Below, piece after piece: positions 11,308 to 23,427 of a stretch of 64,000 nt of DNA. The DNA comes from Squalus acanthias (Eukaryota). The notes under the pieces were generated by a model. The model made no database searches. It was not told the origin of the DNA and saw only the letters and a program-made list of their open reading frames with translations. A program made the translations under genes and the position numbers. How positions within the stretch are numbered: position 1 is the stretch's first letter; each line of letters begins with the position of its first letter. The stretch covers positions 2,480,001 to 2,544,000 of the forward strand of contig JASTWF010000035.1 in assembly GCA_030390025.1 (NCBI GenBank). Direction: 5' to 3'.

Positions 11308-13472
11308 ATTGCCTCTCCTCGTTCTTCCTACCAAAATGTATCACTTCGTACTTTTCTGCGTTAAACTTCATCTGCCACGTATCCGCCCATTTCACCAGCC
11401 TCTCTATGTCCTCTTGAAGTCTATCACTATCCTCCTCACTGTTCAGTATACTTCCAAGTTTTGTGTCATCCCCAAATTTTGAAATTGTGCCCTGTACTCC
11501 TAAGTTCAAATCATTAATATATATGTCAAGAAAAGCAGTGGTCCTAGTACCGACCCCTGAGGAACACCACTGTATATATTCCTCCAGTCCGAAAAACAAC
11601 AGTTCACCACTACTCTCTGTTTCCTATCACTTAGCCAATTTCGTATCCATGCTGCCACTGTCCCTTTTATTCCATGGGCTTCAACTTTGCTGGCTAGCCT
11701 ATTATGTGGTACTTTATCAAACGCCTTTTGGAAATCCATGTACACAACATCAACCGCATAGCCCTCATCAACCCTCTCTGTTACCTCAACAAAAACTCAA
11801 TCAAGTTAGTTAACCATGATTTGCCTCGAACAAATCCATGCTGGCTTCCCTTAATTAATCCACACTTGTCCAAGTGACTGTTAATTTTGTCCTGGATTAT
11901 CATTTCTAAAAGCTTCCCCACCACCGAGGTTAAGCTGATTGGCTTGTATTTGCTGGGTTTATCCTTACACCCTTTTTTGAACAACGGTGTAACATTTGCA
12001 ATTTTCCAGTCCTCTGTCATCACCCCCGTGTCCAAGGAGGATTCGAAGATTATGGCCAGTACCTCCGCAAATTCCACCTTCACTTCCCTCAGCAACCTAG
12101 GATGCATTCCATCCAATCCTGAAGACTTATCAACTTTAAGTACAGACAGCCTTTCTACTGTCTCCTCTTTATCAATTTTTATTCATTCCAATATCTCCAC
12201 TACCTTCTTTTTCACTATGACTTTGGCAGCATCTTCTTCCTTGGTAAAGACAGATGAAAAGTGACCACCAGGCAGAGTAGTAGGCGCAGGCAGGTAGTGC
12301 AGGGGTCCCCTGTGGCCATCCCCCTTTCAAACAGATATACCACTTTGGATATTGTTGAGGGGAATGGCTCAGGGGAAGGCAGCAGCAGCTAACTTCCTGG
12401 CACCATGGGTGGTCCTGCTGCATAGTGATAGGGGATTCTATTGTAAGGGGAATAGATAGGCGTTTCTGCGGCCGCAAACGAGACTCCAGGATGGTATGTT
12501 GCCTCCCTGGTGCAAGGGTCAAGGATGTCTCGGAGCGGCTGCAGGGCATTCTGGAGGGGGAGGGTGAACAGCCAGTTGTCGTGGTGCATATAGGTACCAA
12601 CGATATAGGTAAAAAACGGGATGAGGTCCTAAAAGCTGAATATAGGGAGTTAGGAGGTAAATTTTAAAATAGGACCTGAAAGGTAGTAATTTCAGGATTG
12701 CTACCAGTGCCACGTGCTAGTCAGAGTAGAAATAGAAGGATATTTCAAATGAATACGTGGCTAGAGGAATGGTGCAAGGGGGAGGGATTCAAATTCCTGG
12801 GACATTGGAACCAGTTCTGGGGGAGGTGGGACCAGTACAAACTGGACGGTTTGCACCTGGGCAGGACCGAGACCGATGTCCTAAGGGGAGTGTTCGCTAG
12901 TGCTGTTGGGGAGGGTTTAAACTAAAATGGCAGGGGGTTGGGAACCTGTGCAGGGAAACAGAGGAAAGGGAAGCAAGGATAGAAACAAAAGATAGGAAGG
13001 AGAAAAGCAAAAGTGGAAGGCAGAGAAAGCAAGGGTGTAAATCAAACAGGGCCACAGTAAATAATAATTCTAAAAGAACTAAGAGTGCTAAAAAAATCCA
13101 GCCTGAAGGCTTTGGGGAAAAAATTAGGTCGCGCCCCGTTTGGGGCGCAAATATCGTCTGGACGCAAATATTAGCGCCTGGCGCTAATTATCGCCACTGA
13201 CTGGAAACTTCACTTTTACCGCCCCGGGAGGTGAGTGGAGCGCTAAATCAGGCGCTGCACACCTGTCTTAAGGCGTAAAGGCCGAGCAGTGAGGCGCTAA
13301 CTCAGCGCGCGAGCGCAGCACAGCTGCTGCCAGTTAGGGAGGGAACACAGACACACTGGCGCCGGCCAGTTCTTAAAGCGGGGGGGGCCAACTTGCTCCC
13401 CAGCCACACCCTGCTCATTGCAGCCTTGAATCTCGGCTTGGAGAGACCTGTGAATCCATTTTGCTGCCAAGG

Positions 13473-15292
13473 ATGGAGAGGGTGAGAGAACGAGCTCATC
13501 GCTTCACCGAGCGGGCCTTGGATGCTCTGGTTGGCGCGGTGGAGCGCAGAAGATGTATACTCTTCCCTGAGAGTGGCAGGAGGCCTTTGCCACGCAAGTA
13601 CAGAAGAGTGTGGAGGGAGGTGGCTCAGAGCGTCTCCTCCAGGAGCATGGTGCCCAGGACCCATGTTCAATGCCGCAAAAAGTTCAACGACCTCACTCGG
13701 GTCGTCAGCGTGAGTGGCTTTTTCTCAATACCTCTCCATCCCTCCATCTCAACCTCACTCTATGGCCAGAGGGTCTTAAAACCACAATGCACAACACTCA
13801 TCCAACACCTATGGCCCTTTCATGAAACACACACACACATTCCACACTTTGCATACAGTAAGGGCTATTCACCTATGGGAGGCACATCAGGCAAGACCAT
13901 GGCTGTATACAGTAAGGGCTATTCACCTATGGGAGGCACATCAGGCAAGACCATGGCTGTATATTTACTCAGATGCTGTCCTTTTTCTTGCAGGCCAAGC
14001 TGGCGCATAATCGGAGACAGCAGCAACGGACAGGTGGAGGGCGGCCTCAGCTGCAACCCCTCAGCGATCTTGAGGAGCGCGTCCACAGGATTGTGGCAAG
14101 CCGGGTGATCGGTCCCGTCGCCACTGGAGACGCCGACCCCGTTCTGGACAGCAATGGTAAGGTCATCACCTTTTTGTCCTCTGTCCTTCCACTTGTCCCT
14201 CACAACACCAGCCTTTGACACTTTCAATGCAACTTGCTAACTCGCTGCACTTATTCCTCCCTTACTGCCACCCTATTCTCACGCTAAAGCCACTCTTGTA
14301 CCTCCCTGCTTTCAGATGGTGATTCACCAGCTGAGGAGACGGGCCCTGAAGCTGCCACTGGGAGTGAAGCTGCAGCCGAGGAGGAAGAGGAAGCCGGAGC
14401 ATCAGTGCCACCCTCTCCCGAGGAAGCCCATGCCCACACTGGGAACACGCCTTCCCTGGAGGGGAGCAGGGGGGAAGGGTCTGATGAGGGTGAAGCTCCA
14501 GGACCCAGCGGGCTGCAGCAACGCCATGGGGGTAGGGAAGAACGGGGGCCTTCTCCCCAGAGGGAGAGTATGCCAGAGACTCCTACTGCAATGGACGCAG
14601 AGGAGGAGCGGCTGATCGCAGAAATGAACACCCAGGCGGTGGGCATGCACACTGAGCTCATGGGTGCAGTGGGAAGGGTGCCCGAATGCATTGAGTCACT
14701 GGCAAGGAGTGTGGAGCACTTCGCTGTAGCACAGGCGGATGCCACACTAACGCTTAGTGCTGCAATTCAGTCACTGGCTGCCGTGATCCCATCTCTGACT
14801 GCTCTCATGCAGACTCAGATTGAGGCCACGCGAACACAGACTGCTGCCAACCTCGATGGTTCCTTCACATGTCCCCGGGGCTCTCACCGCGCCGCAGCAG
14901 GCCAGCAATCTGTTCTCCAGCAGATTGCTCCGGATGCTGAAGTGCTGCCCCGTGGGAGTGCCAGTGTGTCGGGCGAGCAGGGAGTTGCTGTCCTCTCTCA
15001 CGATGACAGCATTCCTGCTGCCAACACTGTCACTTCTCCACTGCACTTGCCACCGCCTGTAGGACAGACTGCTGCCGCCCATGCAGAGTTGGTGCAGTCT
15101 GCAGCCGGGCCCTCCAGGCCCAGAACTGGTCGAGGCCGTCCTTCAGGGGCATCTGCAGTGTCAGGGTCTGACGATCAGCAGCCTTCCACCAGCCTTGCTG
15201 CAGCCACTGAGGTCCCATTACGGAGGAGCAGTAGGGTTAGAAGGGGGGGAGTGCGCAAGGGAAGGAGATCACCCTCGAAGGGCAAAAAGTAG
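13473..15292 (+). CDS. Harbinger Myb/SANT-like (trihelix) DNA-binding protein, 3 exons: 13473-13709, 13994-14156, 14316-15292 (~458 aa)
   Basis: RFT..ALDALV..W..VA..V...RT..QCRKKFNDL domain followed by the RTGGG motif. GT-AG introns (gtgagt/ttcttgcag; gtaagg/ctttcag) have compatible phases 0 and 1, and there are no stops. Confidence 0.85.
13854..13961 (+). repeat. 54-bp tandem duplication in intron 1 of the Myb/SANT gene
   Basis: tacagtaagggctattcacctatgggaggcacatcaggcaagaccatggctgta occurs twice. Confidence 0.9.
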
Positions 15293-15604
15293 GAGGTGTG
15301 ACAAAATGCTGGTCATTTTTTTATTAAAGGCCGAGGTTCGTGGTCCAACTTTTGTTTAGTGTTTTGGACATTATCTCCAGGTTGTGAGAACCAGTTATGT
15401 TATTGACTGTTTTTTTGTGTTTATTTCTATGAGTTTGTCATGAGGAAATGACACACACAGAGTTTGTAAAATAAATAAGTTTTTGTATTCAAAATATACA
15501 TGTTTGGTGTTTGGAATTATTGGTGCCTTGGCCGGCTTAGGGGTTGCGTGCTGGGTTCATTGATGTTGTTAGCAATGGCAGAAGCCATTTCCACAGCAGG
15601 GGCC

Positions 15605-16765
15605 CTAGAAGCGGCTTGCTATCAGCCGTTGAAGGACGGCCCTTGCAGTTTCACCATTGTGGGCCTCCCTCCCACCTTGGTGCTGCTGATGATCATCCTC
15701 CTCATCCTCTTCCTCCTCTTCCTCCTCCTCCTCTGGTGGTGCTCCAAGGCCTGGTGGCATTGGCTGGGTCCTGACGATTGCCATGTTATGCAACATGCAG
15801 CACACAACTACGAAGTTGGATACTCGCTCAGGCGAGTACTGCAGGGCTCCTCCAGAATGGTCGAGACAGCGGAACCGTTGCTTCAGCACGCCGATTGTGC
15901 GCTCAATTATGTTCCTGGTAGCTTGATGGCTCTCGTTGTACCGCAGCTCAGCAGGGGTGTTGGGCGTACGGAGCGGTGTCATCAGCCAGGTGCTCAATGG
16001 ATACCCCTTGTCCCCGAGAAGCCAACCAACTGGCTGATGCGGTGCCTCGAAAAGTTCTGCCACAGTAGTCTGGCGCAGGATGAAAGCATCGTGGCAGCTG
16101 CCAGGATAGTGGGCATTGACAGCGAGTATCAGCTGTCTGTGGTCACAGACCAACTGAACATTCAAGGAATGGAACCCCTTTCTGTTCCGGAATTCCTCGG
16201 CATTCTCATGTGGAGCACGCAAAGCCACATGCGTGCAGTCAATGGCGCCCTGCACCATGGGGAAGCCCGCTATCCTCGTAAAGCCCAGAGCGCGGTCACG
16301 CTGCTTGTCTGGGGTCATGGGGAAAGAGATGAACTCTCGTCTCCTTTTAAAGAGGGCATTTGTGACCTGCCGGATGCAGCAATGCACCGCGAACTGGGAG
16401 ATATTGGCGAGGTCCCCAGCAGCAGCTTGAAATGAGCCAGTAGCATAGAAGTTGAGAGCCACTGTGACCTTCACTGCCACCGACAGAGACGTCCTGGACC
16501 TCAGTTGAGGCTGCAGATCTGGCTGCAGCAGGTGGCAGAGCTCAGTGACCACCTCCTTGCTGAATCGCAGCCTTCGCAAACACAGCTCCTCAGACATATG
16601 AATGTAGGAGAGCTGTTCACGATATACCCTGGGAGGGTAAGCTCTCCTGTACATACGCCTGTTGGCCCTCCTCCGTCTGGCCATCATTGCCACTCTCTCT
16701 CTGCGTCTCTGTGTCCTCCGATTCAGCTGGAGCAGGACGACGCCCCCAATCAGTGCAGCCCCCAT
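15605..16765 (-). CDS. Harbinger (HARBI1-like) DDE transposase, ~386 aa from ATG 16765
   Basis: Uninterrupted ORF with [56 protein letters not shown] and CCMLHN, plus an acidic tail. Confidence 0.95.
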   Translation of the reverse strand: MGAALIGGVVLLQLNRRTQRRRERVAMMARRRRANRRMYRRAYPPRVYREQLSYIHMSEELCLRRLRFSKEVVTELCHLLQPDLQPQLRSRTSLSVAVKVTVALNFYATGSFQAAAGDLANISQFAVHCCIRQVTNALFKRRREFISFPMTPDKQRDRALGFTRIAGFPMVQGAIDCTHVALRAPHENAEEFRNRKGFHSLNVQLVCDHRQLILAVNAHYPGSCHDAFILRQTTVAELFEAPHQPVGWLLGDKGYPLSTWLMTPLRTPNTPAELRYNESHQATRNIIERTIGVLKQRFRCLDHSGGALQYSPERVSNFVVVCCMLHNMAIVRTQPMPPGLGAPPEEEEEEEEEDEEDDHQQHQGGREAHNGETARAVLQRLIASRF

Positions 16766-19700
16766 AGTCTCTTTGCAAGCAAAGTAATGAAGGACAGTAA
16801 CCAAAGTAGCAGCGAAGTTAGGATCAGTAGGCAAAACTACCTCACAAAGCGTTGACTCAATGCAGAAGTCTCTCTTTCTCTCTCTCCGAATCTCTCTCTC
16901 TCTCTCAGAACGAGTGGTGCAAAAATGTCAACCACAGAAAAAGACAGGAAGAGGCCCCCTTTAAATAGCGCCCCCCCCCCCAGCCCCACAGCGATTGATA
17001 GCGTTCCAGTCTTCCGGTCGTTGGATGCGCCAGGTGGTAAGGCAGGGGGCGCCACTCAATTTCCGCTCCGGGGCGCCACAAGGGCGTTGCACCATGGAAT
17101 GACGTCACAATCTGCGCGCGCAGGTGGTCGCGGCGGTAAAGTTTAGCACCGCCGCACAATGTCTAGTTAAGTTCCCGAGCGGCACAAACATCGCTGCGCC
17201 CAGGCGCTAGTGGCTTTGCGCCCCATTAGTGCCCTCTTAAGGCGCTAACGTGAGGCGCAACCAACTGAATTTTTACCCCTTTGTGTCTTAATGCGAGGAG
17301 CATTCGTAATAAGGTGTGCAAATAGATGTAAACGGATATGATATAATTGGGATTACGGAGATATGGCTCCAGGATGACCAAGAGTGGGAATTCAACATCC
17401 AGGGGTAATCAATATTCAGGAAAGATAGGCAAAAAGGAAAGGGAGGTGGGGTAACATTGCTGGTTAAAGAGGGGATTAATACAATAGTAAGGAAGGATAT
17501 TAGCTCTGATGATGTGGAATCTGTATGGACAGAGCAGAGAAATACCAAGGGGCAGAAAACGTTAGTGGGAGTGGTATACAGACCCCCAAACAGTAATGCT
17601 GAGGTTGGGGATGGCATTAAACGGGAAATTAGAGACGCGTGCAATAAAGGCACAGCAGTTATCATGGGTGACTTTAATCTACATATAGATTGGACTAACC
17701 AAATTAGTAACAAGACTGTGGAGGAGGAATTCCTAGAGTGTATAGGGATGGTTCCCTGGACCAATATGTCGAGGAACCAACTAGAGATTAGGCCATCTTA
17801 GACTGGGTATTATGTAATGAGAAAGGATTAATTAGCAATCTTGTTGTGCGAGGCCCCTTGGGGAGGAGCGATCATAATATGATAGAATTCTTCATTAAAA
17901 TGGAGTGAAGTAGTTGACTCAGAGACTAGGGTCCTGAATTTAAATAAAGGAAACTATGATGGTATGAGGCGCGAGTTGGCTAGGATGGATTGGGGAATGT
18001 TACTTAAAGGGTTGACGGTAGATAGGCAAAGGCAAACATTTAAAGATCGCATGGATGAACTACAGAATTTGTTCATCCCTGTTTGGCATAAAAATAAAAC
18101 AAAAAAGGTGACTCAACCGTGGCTAACAAGGGAAATTAGGGACAGCATAAGATCCAAGTAGAGGACATATAATTTGGCCAGAAAAAGTAGCAAAAGTGAG
18201 GATTGGGAGCAGTTTAGGATTCAGCAAAGGAGGACAAAGGGATTAATTAAGAGGGGGAAAATAGATTATGAGAGTAAGCTTGCAGGGAAAATAAAAACTG
18301 ACTGTAAAAGCTTCTATAAATATGTGAAGAGAAAAAGATTGGTGAAGTCAAGCGTAGGTCCCTTGCAGTCAGAATCAGAGGAATTTATAATGGGGAACAA
18401 AAAATGGCAGACAAATTAAATACATACTTTGGTTCTGTCTTCACAAAGGAGGACACAAATAACCTCCCAGAGATGTCGGGGAACATAGGGTCTAATGAGA
18501 GGGAGGAATTGAATGAAATCAATATTTGTAGGGAAATAGTGTTAGGGAAATTGATGGGATTGAAGGCCGATAAATCCCCAGGGCCTGATAATCTACATCC
18601 TAGGGTACTTAAGGAAGTGGCCCTAGAAATAGTAGATGCATTGCTGGTCATCTTCCAAAATTTTATAGACTCTGGAACAGTTCCCATGGATTGGAGGGTA
18701 GCTAATGTAACCCCACTATTTAAAAAAGGTGGTAGAGAGAAAACGGTAGTGGGGAAAATGCTAGAGTCCATTATAAAAGATGTAATAGCAGAGCACTTGG
18801 AAAACAGTGACAGGATTGGACAAAGTCAACATGGATTTACAAAAGGTAAATCATGCTTGACTAATCTACTGGAATTTTTTGAGGATGTAACTGGTAGAAT
18901 AGATAATGGAGAGCCAGTGGATGTGGTGTATTTGGACTTTCAGAAGGCTTTCGATAAGGTCCCGCATAAGAGATTAGCGTGCAAAGTTAAAGCACACAGG
19001 ATTGGGGGTAAGGTACTGTCTTGGATAGAGAACTGGTTGGCAGACAGGAAGCAAAGAGTTGGAATAAACGGGTCTTTTTCCGAGTGGCAGGCAGTGATTG
19101 GTGGGTACCGCAGGGATCGATGCTAGGACCCCAGCTATTCACAATATATATAAATGATCTAGACGAGGGAACTAGATGTAATATCTCCAAGTTTGCAGAC
19201 AACACAAAGCTGGGTGGGCGTGTGTGCTGTGAGGAGGATGCAGAGAAACTGCAGTATGATTTGGACAGGTTGGGTGGTTGGGCAGATGCATGGCAAATGC
19301 AGTATAATGTGGATAAAGGCGAGGTTATCCACTTTGGTGGCAAAAACAGGAAGACAGATTATTATCTGAACGGCAATAGATTGGGAAAAGGGGAAGTGCA
19401 ACGAGACCTGGGTGTCCTTGTGTACCAGTCGCTGAAGGTAAGCATGCAGGTGCAGCAGGCGGTTACGAAGGCAAATGGTATGTTGGCCTTCATAGCGAGA
19501 TGATTCGAGTACAGGAGCAAGGATGTCTTGCTGCAGTTGTACAAGGCCTTGGTGAGACCACACCTTGAGTATTGTGTGCAGTTTTGGTCACCTTATCTGA
19601 GGACGGATGTTATTGCCATGGAGAGAGTGCAGCGAAGATTCACCAGACTGATACCTGGGATGGCAGGAATGACGTATGAGGAGAGATTGGGTCGATTAGG

Positions 19701-20141
19701 CTTACATTCGCTAGAGTTTAGAAGAATGAGAGGGGATCTCATTGAAACTTATAAAATTCTAACAGGACTAGACAGACTAGATGCAGGAAGGATGTTCGCA
19801 ATGGTGGGGGAGTCCAGAACCAGGGGTCACAGTCTAAGGGTAAGGGGTAAGCCATTTAGGACAGAGATGAGGAGGAATTTCTTCACCCAGAGAGTGGTGA
19901 ACCTGTGGAATTCTCTACCACAGAAGACAGTTGAGGCCAATTCATTAAATATATTCAAGAAAGAGTTAGATATATTTCTTAAGGCTAAAGGGATCAAGGG
20001 ATATGGGGAGTAAGCAGGGACAGGGTACTGAATTTGGATGATCGGCCATGATCTCATTAAATGGCAGAGCAGGCTGGAGGGGCCGAATGGCCTACTCCTG
20101 CTCCTATCTTCTATCTTCTATGTTTCTATGTTTCTATGTTT

Positions 20142-21306
20142 ACTCATTTGGTACCTCAGCCACGGCCTCTGCCACCATGGCTTGGTCTCCTTTCTGGTCC
20201 CTAATCGGCCCCACCCCTCCTCTTACTACCCGTTTACTATTTATATGCCTATCGAAGACATTTCGATTCCCTTTTATTTTAGCTGCCAGTCTATTCTCAT
20301 ACTCTCTCTTTGCCCCTCCTATTTCCTTTTTAATTTCTCCTCTGAACTTTCTGTATTTAGCCTGGTTCTCACTTATATTCTTAACCTGATATCTGTCATG
20401 CGCCCCTTTTTTCTGCTTTATCTTACTCTCTATCTCCTTCGTCATCCAGGGAGCTCTGGTTTTGGTTGCCCTACCTTTCCCCCTCGTGGGAATGTACCTC
20501 GACTATAGCCAAACCATCAACTCCTTAAAGGCAGCCCATTGTTCAATTACAGTTTTGCCTTCCAATCTTTGATCCCAATTTACCCGGGCCAGGTCCGTTG
20601 TCAACCCACTGAAACTGGCCCTGCTCCAATTAAAGTATTTTGACTCTCGATTGCTGCCTGTCCTTTTCCATAGCTAATTAATCTAAACCTTACTTTCCAT
20701 AGCTAATCTATACCTTATTATTTCCCACATTGCAACAGTGACTACACTCCAAAAAAGTACTTCATTAGCTATAAAGCGCTTTGAGACGTCCGGTGGTCGT
20801 GAAAGGCGCGATATAAATGTAAGTCTTTCTTTCTTTATGATACTATGATCACTGTTCCCTAAATGTTCCCCTACTAAAACTTGAGTCACATGACCCATGT
20901 CATTCTCCAGAACCAGATCCAGCAATGTCTCCTTCCTCATCGGGCCGGAAACGTACTGATCAAGAAAGTTCTCCTGAACACACTTCAGAAATTCTTCCTC
21001 CTCTCTGCCCTTTACACTATTACTATCCCAGTCTATATTAGGATAATTGAAGTCCCCCATAATCACTCCTCTCTAGTTCTTGCACCTCTCTGTAATTTAC
21101 CTGCAAATTTGCTCCTCTATATCGTTCCCACTAGTAGGTGGCCTATAGTAGTGTAAATACACCGCTATTGTTTCTTAACGCTAACCAAATAGATTCTGTC
21201 CTTGAACCCCCCAGGACATCCTCTCTCTCCAGCACTGTAATATTCTCCTTAATCAATACTGCCACCCCACCTCCTTTCTTTCCTCCCCTATCTTTCCTGA
21301 ACACCT
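20142..21306 (-). mobile_element. CR1 ORF2 endonuclease/linker fragment, with a DeuSINE tail inserted at ~20718-20836 (+)
   Basis: GGGVA, MGDFNYP and SDH motifs. The insert acattgcaacagtgactacactccaaaa...aagtctttctt matches the DeuSINE tail at ~29440-29550. Confidence 0.88.
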
Positions 21307-21945
21307 GGGGGGGAAAATTGAGTCGTGCCCCCTTTAGCGCCCCGAAAAAATTAGCGCCCCCGCAGCTGAAATTCATCGGTAGCGCCCCAAGAGGGAAGCG
21401 GGGTGCTACTGGAAGCGGCCTGCCTCCCACTTGGGGCACTGCGAGGGAATTTCGCGGCGCTATGTGCTGCAGCACCACACGCTGCGGCACATCGCGCCGC
21501 GGTACTGCAGGCCTTCCTCCCCTTCTTAAAGGGGAGGGGCCTAGCGCAGCACAACCCGGGGCCCAGCTGGGCCACCAGGGATCGGAGTGCCGGCAAAAGA
21601 GCCCGGCACTCAAGAGAAGTACCGGGCTCACGGAGTGCAGCCGGCACCCTGCGGGGGTGCTGCTGAGGAGGCCAGGGACCGCAACCGGAGCAGGTGCTGG
21701 CAGGCGGCCAGCAACAAAAATGGCCACCCGGCACCTCGCCTTTAATTAGCGCCGCCCCGGCCGCAGGTAGGCCCCCCTGACCCCGTCGGACATAGCGTCC
21801 GGTGGTAAGTCAGGGGGCAATACCGAAGATCCCGGCCAATGCGCGAGCGGGGCGCTGCGCACGACGATGATGTTATCGCTGGTGGCGCAGCACCGCGGGG
21901 CGCTAACAGTCACTGCCGCCGCTAACCTCCCGCTGAATTTCGCGA
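21307..21945 (+). mobile_element. GC-rich Harbinger-related non-autonomous element, right end truncated
   Basis: Begins ggggggaaaattgagtcgtgcccc, like the Harbinger left ends, and has repeated tagcgcc/gcgcta motifs. No right TIR found. Confidence 0.6.
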
Positions 21946-22009
21946 TCTTCCTCCTCCTCCCCCGCTGAGCCGTGGATTTGGCTCGGGTTGTACTCCGCAG
22001 AGAAACCAT

Positions 22010-22340
22010 CACCCTCACCAGTACCGGTTATAGAGTGAGATACACTCAGGGGACTCCTCCATTAACTGCCTTGTTCTCCATTTTCTGTCTGTGGTCACAC
22101 ATTCCCTTTCTGCCTGCACACTCTTAAGCTGCAGGGAGATCACCTCCTGAGACGTGCTATCAGTCTCACGGGTGCACCGCAGTGATGTCGGCTGCTGCTC
22201 AAGCTCCGAAAGCCAGAGCTCGAGCTCCTCCAGCTGATAACACTTCCTGCACATGTGGTTGTCCAGGATATGGGAGGCGTCCTGGATTTCCCACATGGCA
22301 CAGGATGTGCATTCCATGGGACTGATATGCCCTGCCATGC
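22010..22340 (-). mobile_element. CR1 ORF1 N-terminal fragment (Cys-rich finger and coiled coil)
   Basis: CTSCAMWE...CRKC..LEELEL..SELEQQ...ISLYNRY. Confidence 0.75.
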
Positions 22341-22384
22341 CTCTATTTAATAGACTATTAATTAACATCCTTTATAATAGACTC

Positions 22385-23190
22385 TCGCATTTTCCCTACT
22401 ACTGATGTTAGGCTAACCAGTCTGTAGTTCCCTGTTTTCTCTCCCTCCTTTTTTAAATAGTGGGGTTATATTTGCCACCCTCCAATCTGCAGGAACTGTT
22501 CCATAATCTATAGAATTTTGGAAGATGACAACCAATGCATCCACTATTTCCATGGCTTCCTCTTTTAGTACTCTGGGATGCAGATTATCAGGCCCTGCGG
22601 ATTTATCGGCTTTCAGTCCCATTAATTTCTCCAGCACTATTTTTTTACTAATACTAATTTCCTTTAATTCCTCCTTCTCACTGGACCCTTGGTTCCCTAG
22701 CATTTCTGGGAAGTTATTTTTGTCCTCTTCCCTGAAGACAGAACCAAAGTATTTGTTTAATTGTTCTGCCATTTCCTTGTTCCCCATTATAAATTCTCCT
22801 GTTTCTGACTGTAAGGGACCTACATTTGTCTTCACTAATCTTTTTCTTTTTACATACTTGTCGAAGCTTTTACAATCCGCTTTTATGTTCCTTGCAAGTT
22901 TACTCTCATACTCTATTTTTCCCCTCTTAATCAATCTCTTGGTCTTTTTTTGCTGAACTCTAAACTGCTCCCAATCCTCAGGCTTGCTACTTTGTCTGGC
23001 AACTTTATATGACTCATCTTTGGATCTAATACTATCCTTAATTTCTTTTGTTCGCCATGGTTGGGCCGCTTTTCCTTTTCTGTTTTTGCGCCAGAAAGGA
23101 ATGTATAACTGTTGCAATTCATGCATTCATTCCTTAAATGTTAGCCATTGCCTATCCACCATCAAGCCTTTTAATGAAGCTCCCCAATCA
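22385..23190 (-). mobile_element. CR1 ORF2 linker fragment
   Basis: ORF 22413-23126. Confidence 0.9.
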
Positions 23191-23195
23191 GACTG

Positions 23196-23340
23196 AGCGG
23201 AACTTTCAGCATTGGCGGATCACCTGCCCGATTTCCCTTTCTATTAACTTCAAGGAGAGGAAAATGGGGCGAGTGTATAATGAGTGGCTGCTCCAATCTC
23301 ACCAGCTTCACACTCCTGCCCATGTTGCAAGTTCCACCCA
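23196..23340. mobile_element. Possible small decayed MITE
   Basis: Imperfect ends gagcggaacttt / caagttccaccc, with a quasi-palindromic centre (tttccctttct...agaggaaaat). Confidence 0.35.
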
Positions 23341-23427
23341 CAGTTTCCAATGATTAGAGGGTCTAAAACAAAGGGACAAATAAGATTAAATATAAGAGAT
23401 TTAGGAGAGAGCAGGAGTTACATTGTT

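Larger units (their letters stand above)
9626..12262 (-). mobile_element. CR1 ORF2 3' half, interrupted by a Penelope micro-element and a MITE
   Basis: ORFs 9847-10209, 11506-11745 and 11781-12116 carry CR1 RT motifs. Confidence 0.92.
13114..17279. mobile_element. PIF/Harbinger DNA transposon, apparently autonomous (4166 bp)
   Basis: TIRs ggggaaaaaatt / aatttttacccc, 3-bp TSD ttt (13111-13113, 17280-17282), two convergent genes (Myb/SANT and DDE transposase). Confidence 0.95.
12263..20141 (+). mobile_element. Near full-length decayed CR1 (ORF1 SGNH-esterase-like region ~12263-12925; ORF2 ~13090-13113 plus 17283-20013), split by a Harbinger
   Basis: ORF1 has IGDSIVR and HIGTND. ORF2 start LKALCLNARSIRNK is restored when 13114-17282 is removed. 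EN and RT motifs follow, with a (tatgtttc)n tail. Confidence 0.92.

Noticed and set aside
15500..16435. 311-aa plus-strand ORF with a hydrophobic stretch
   Set aside because: Antisense shadow of the transposase; the Leu-rich run is the reverse complement of the poly-Glu codons.
15605..16834. Host gene HARBI1
   Set aside because: Flanked by TIRs and a TSD, paired with a Myb gene and inserted in a CR1, so it is a transposon copy rather than the domesticated gene.
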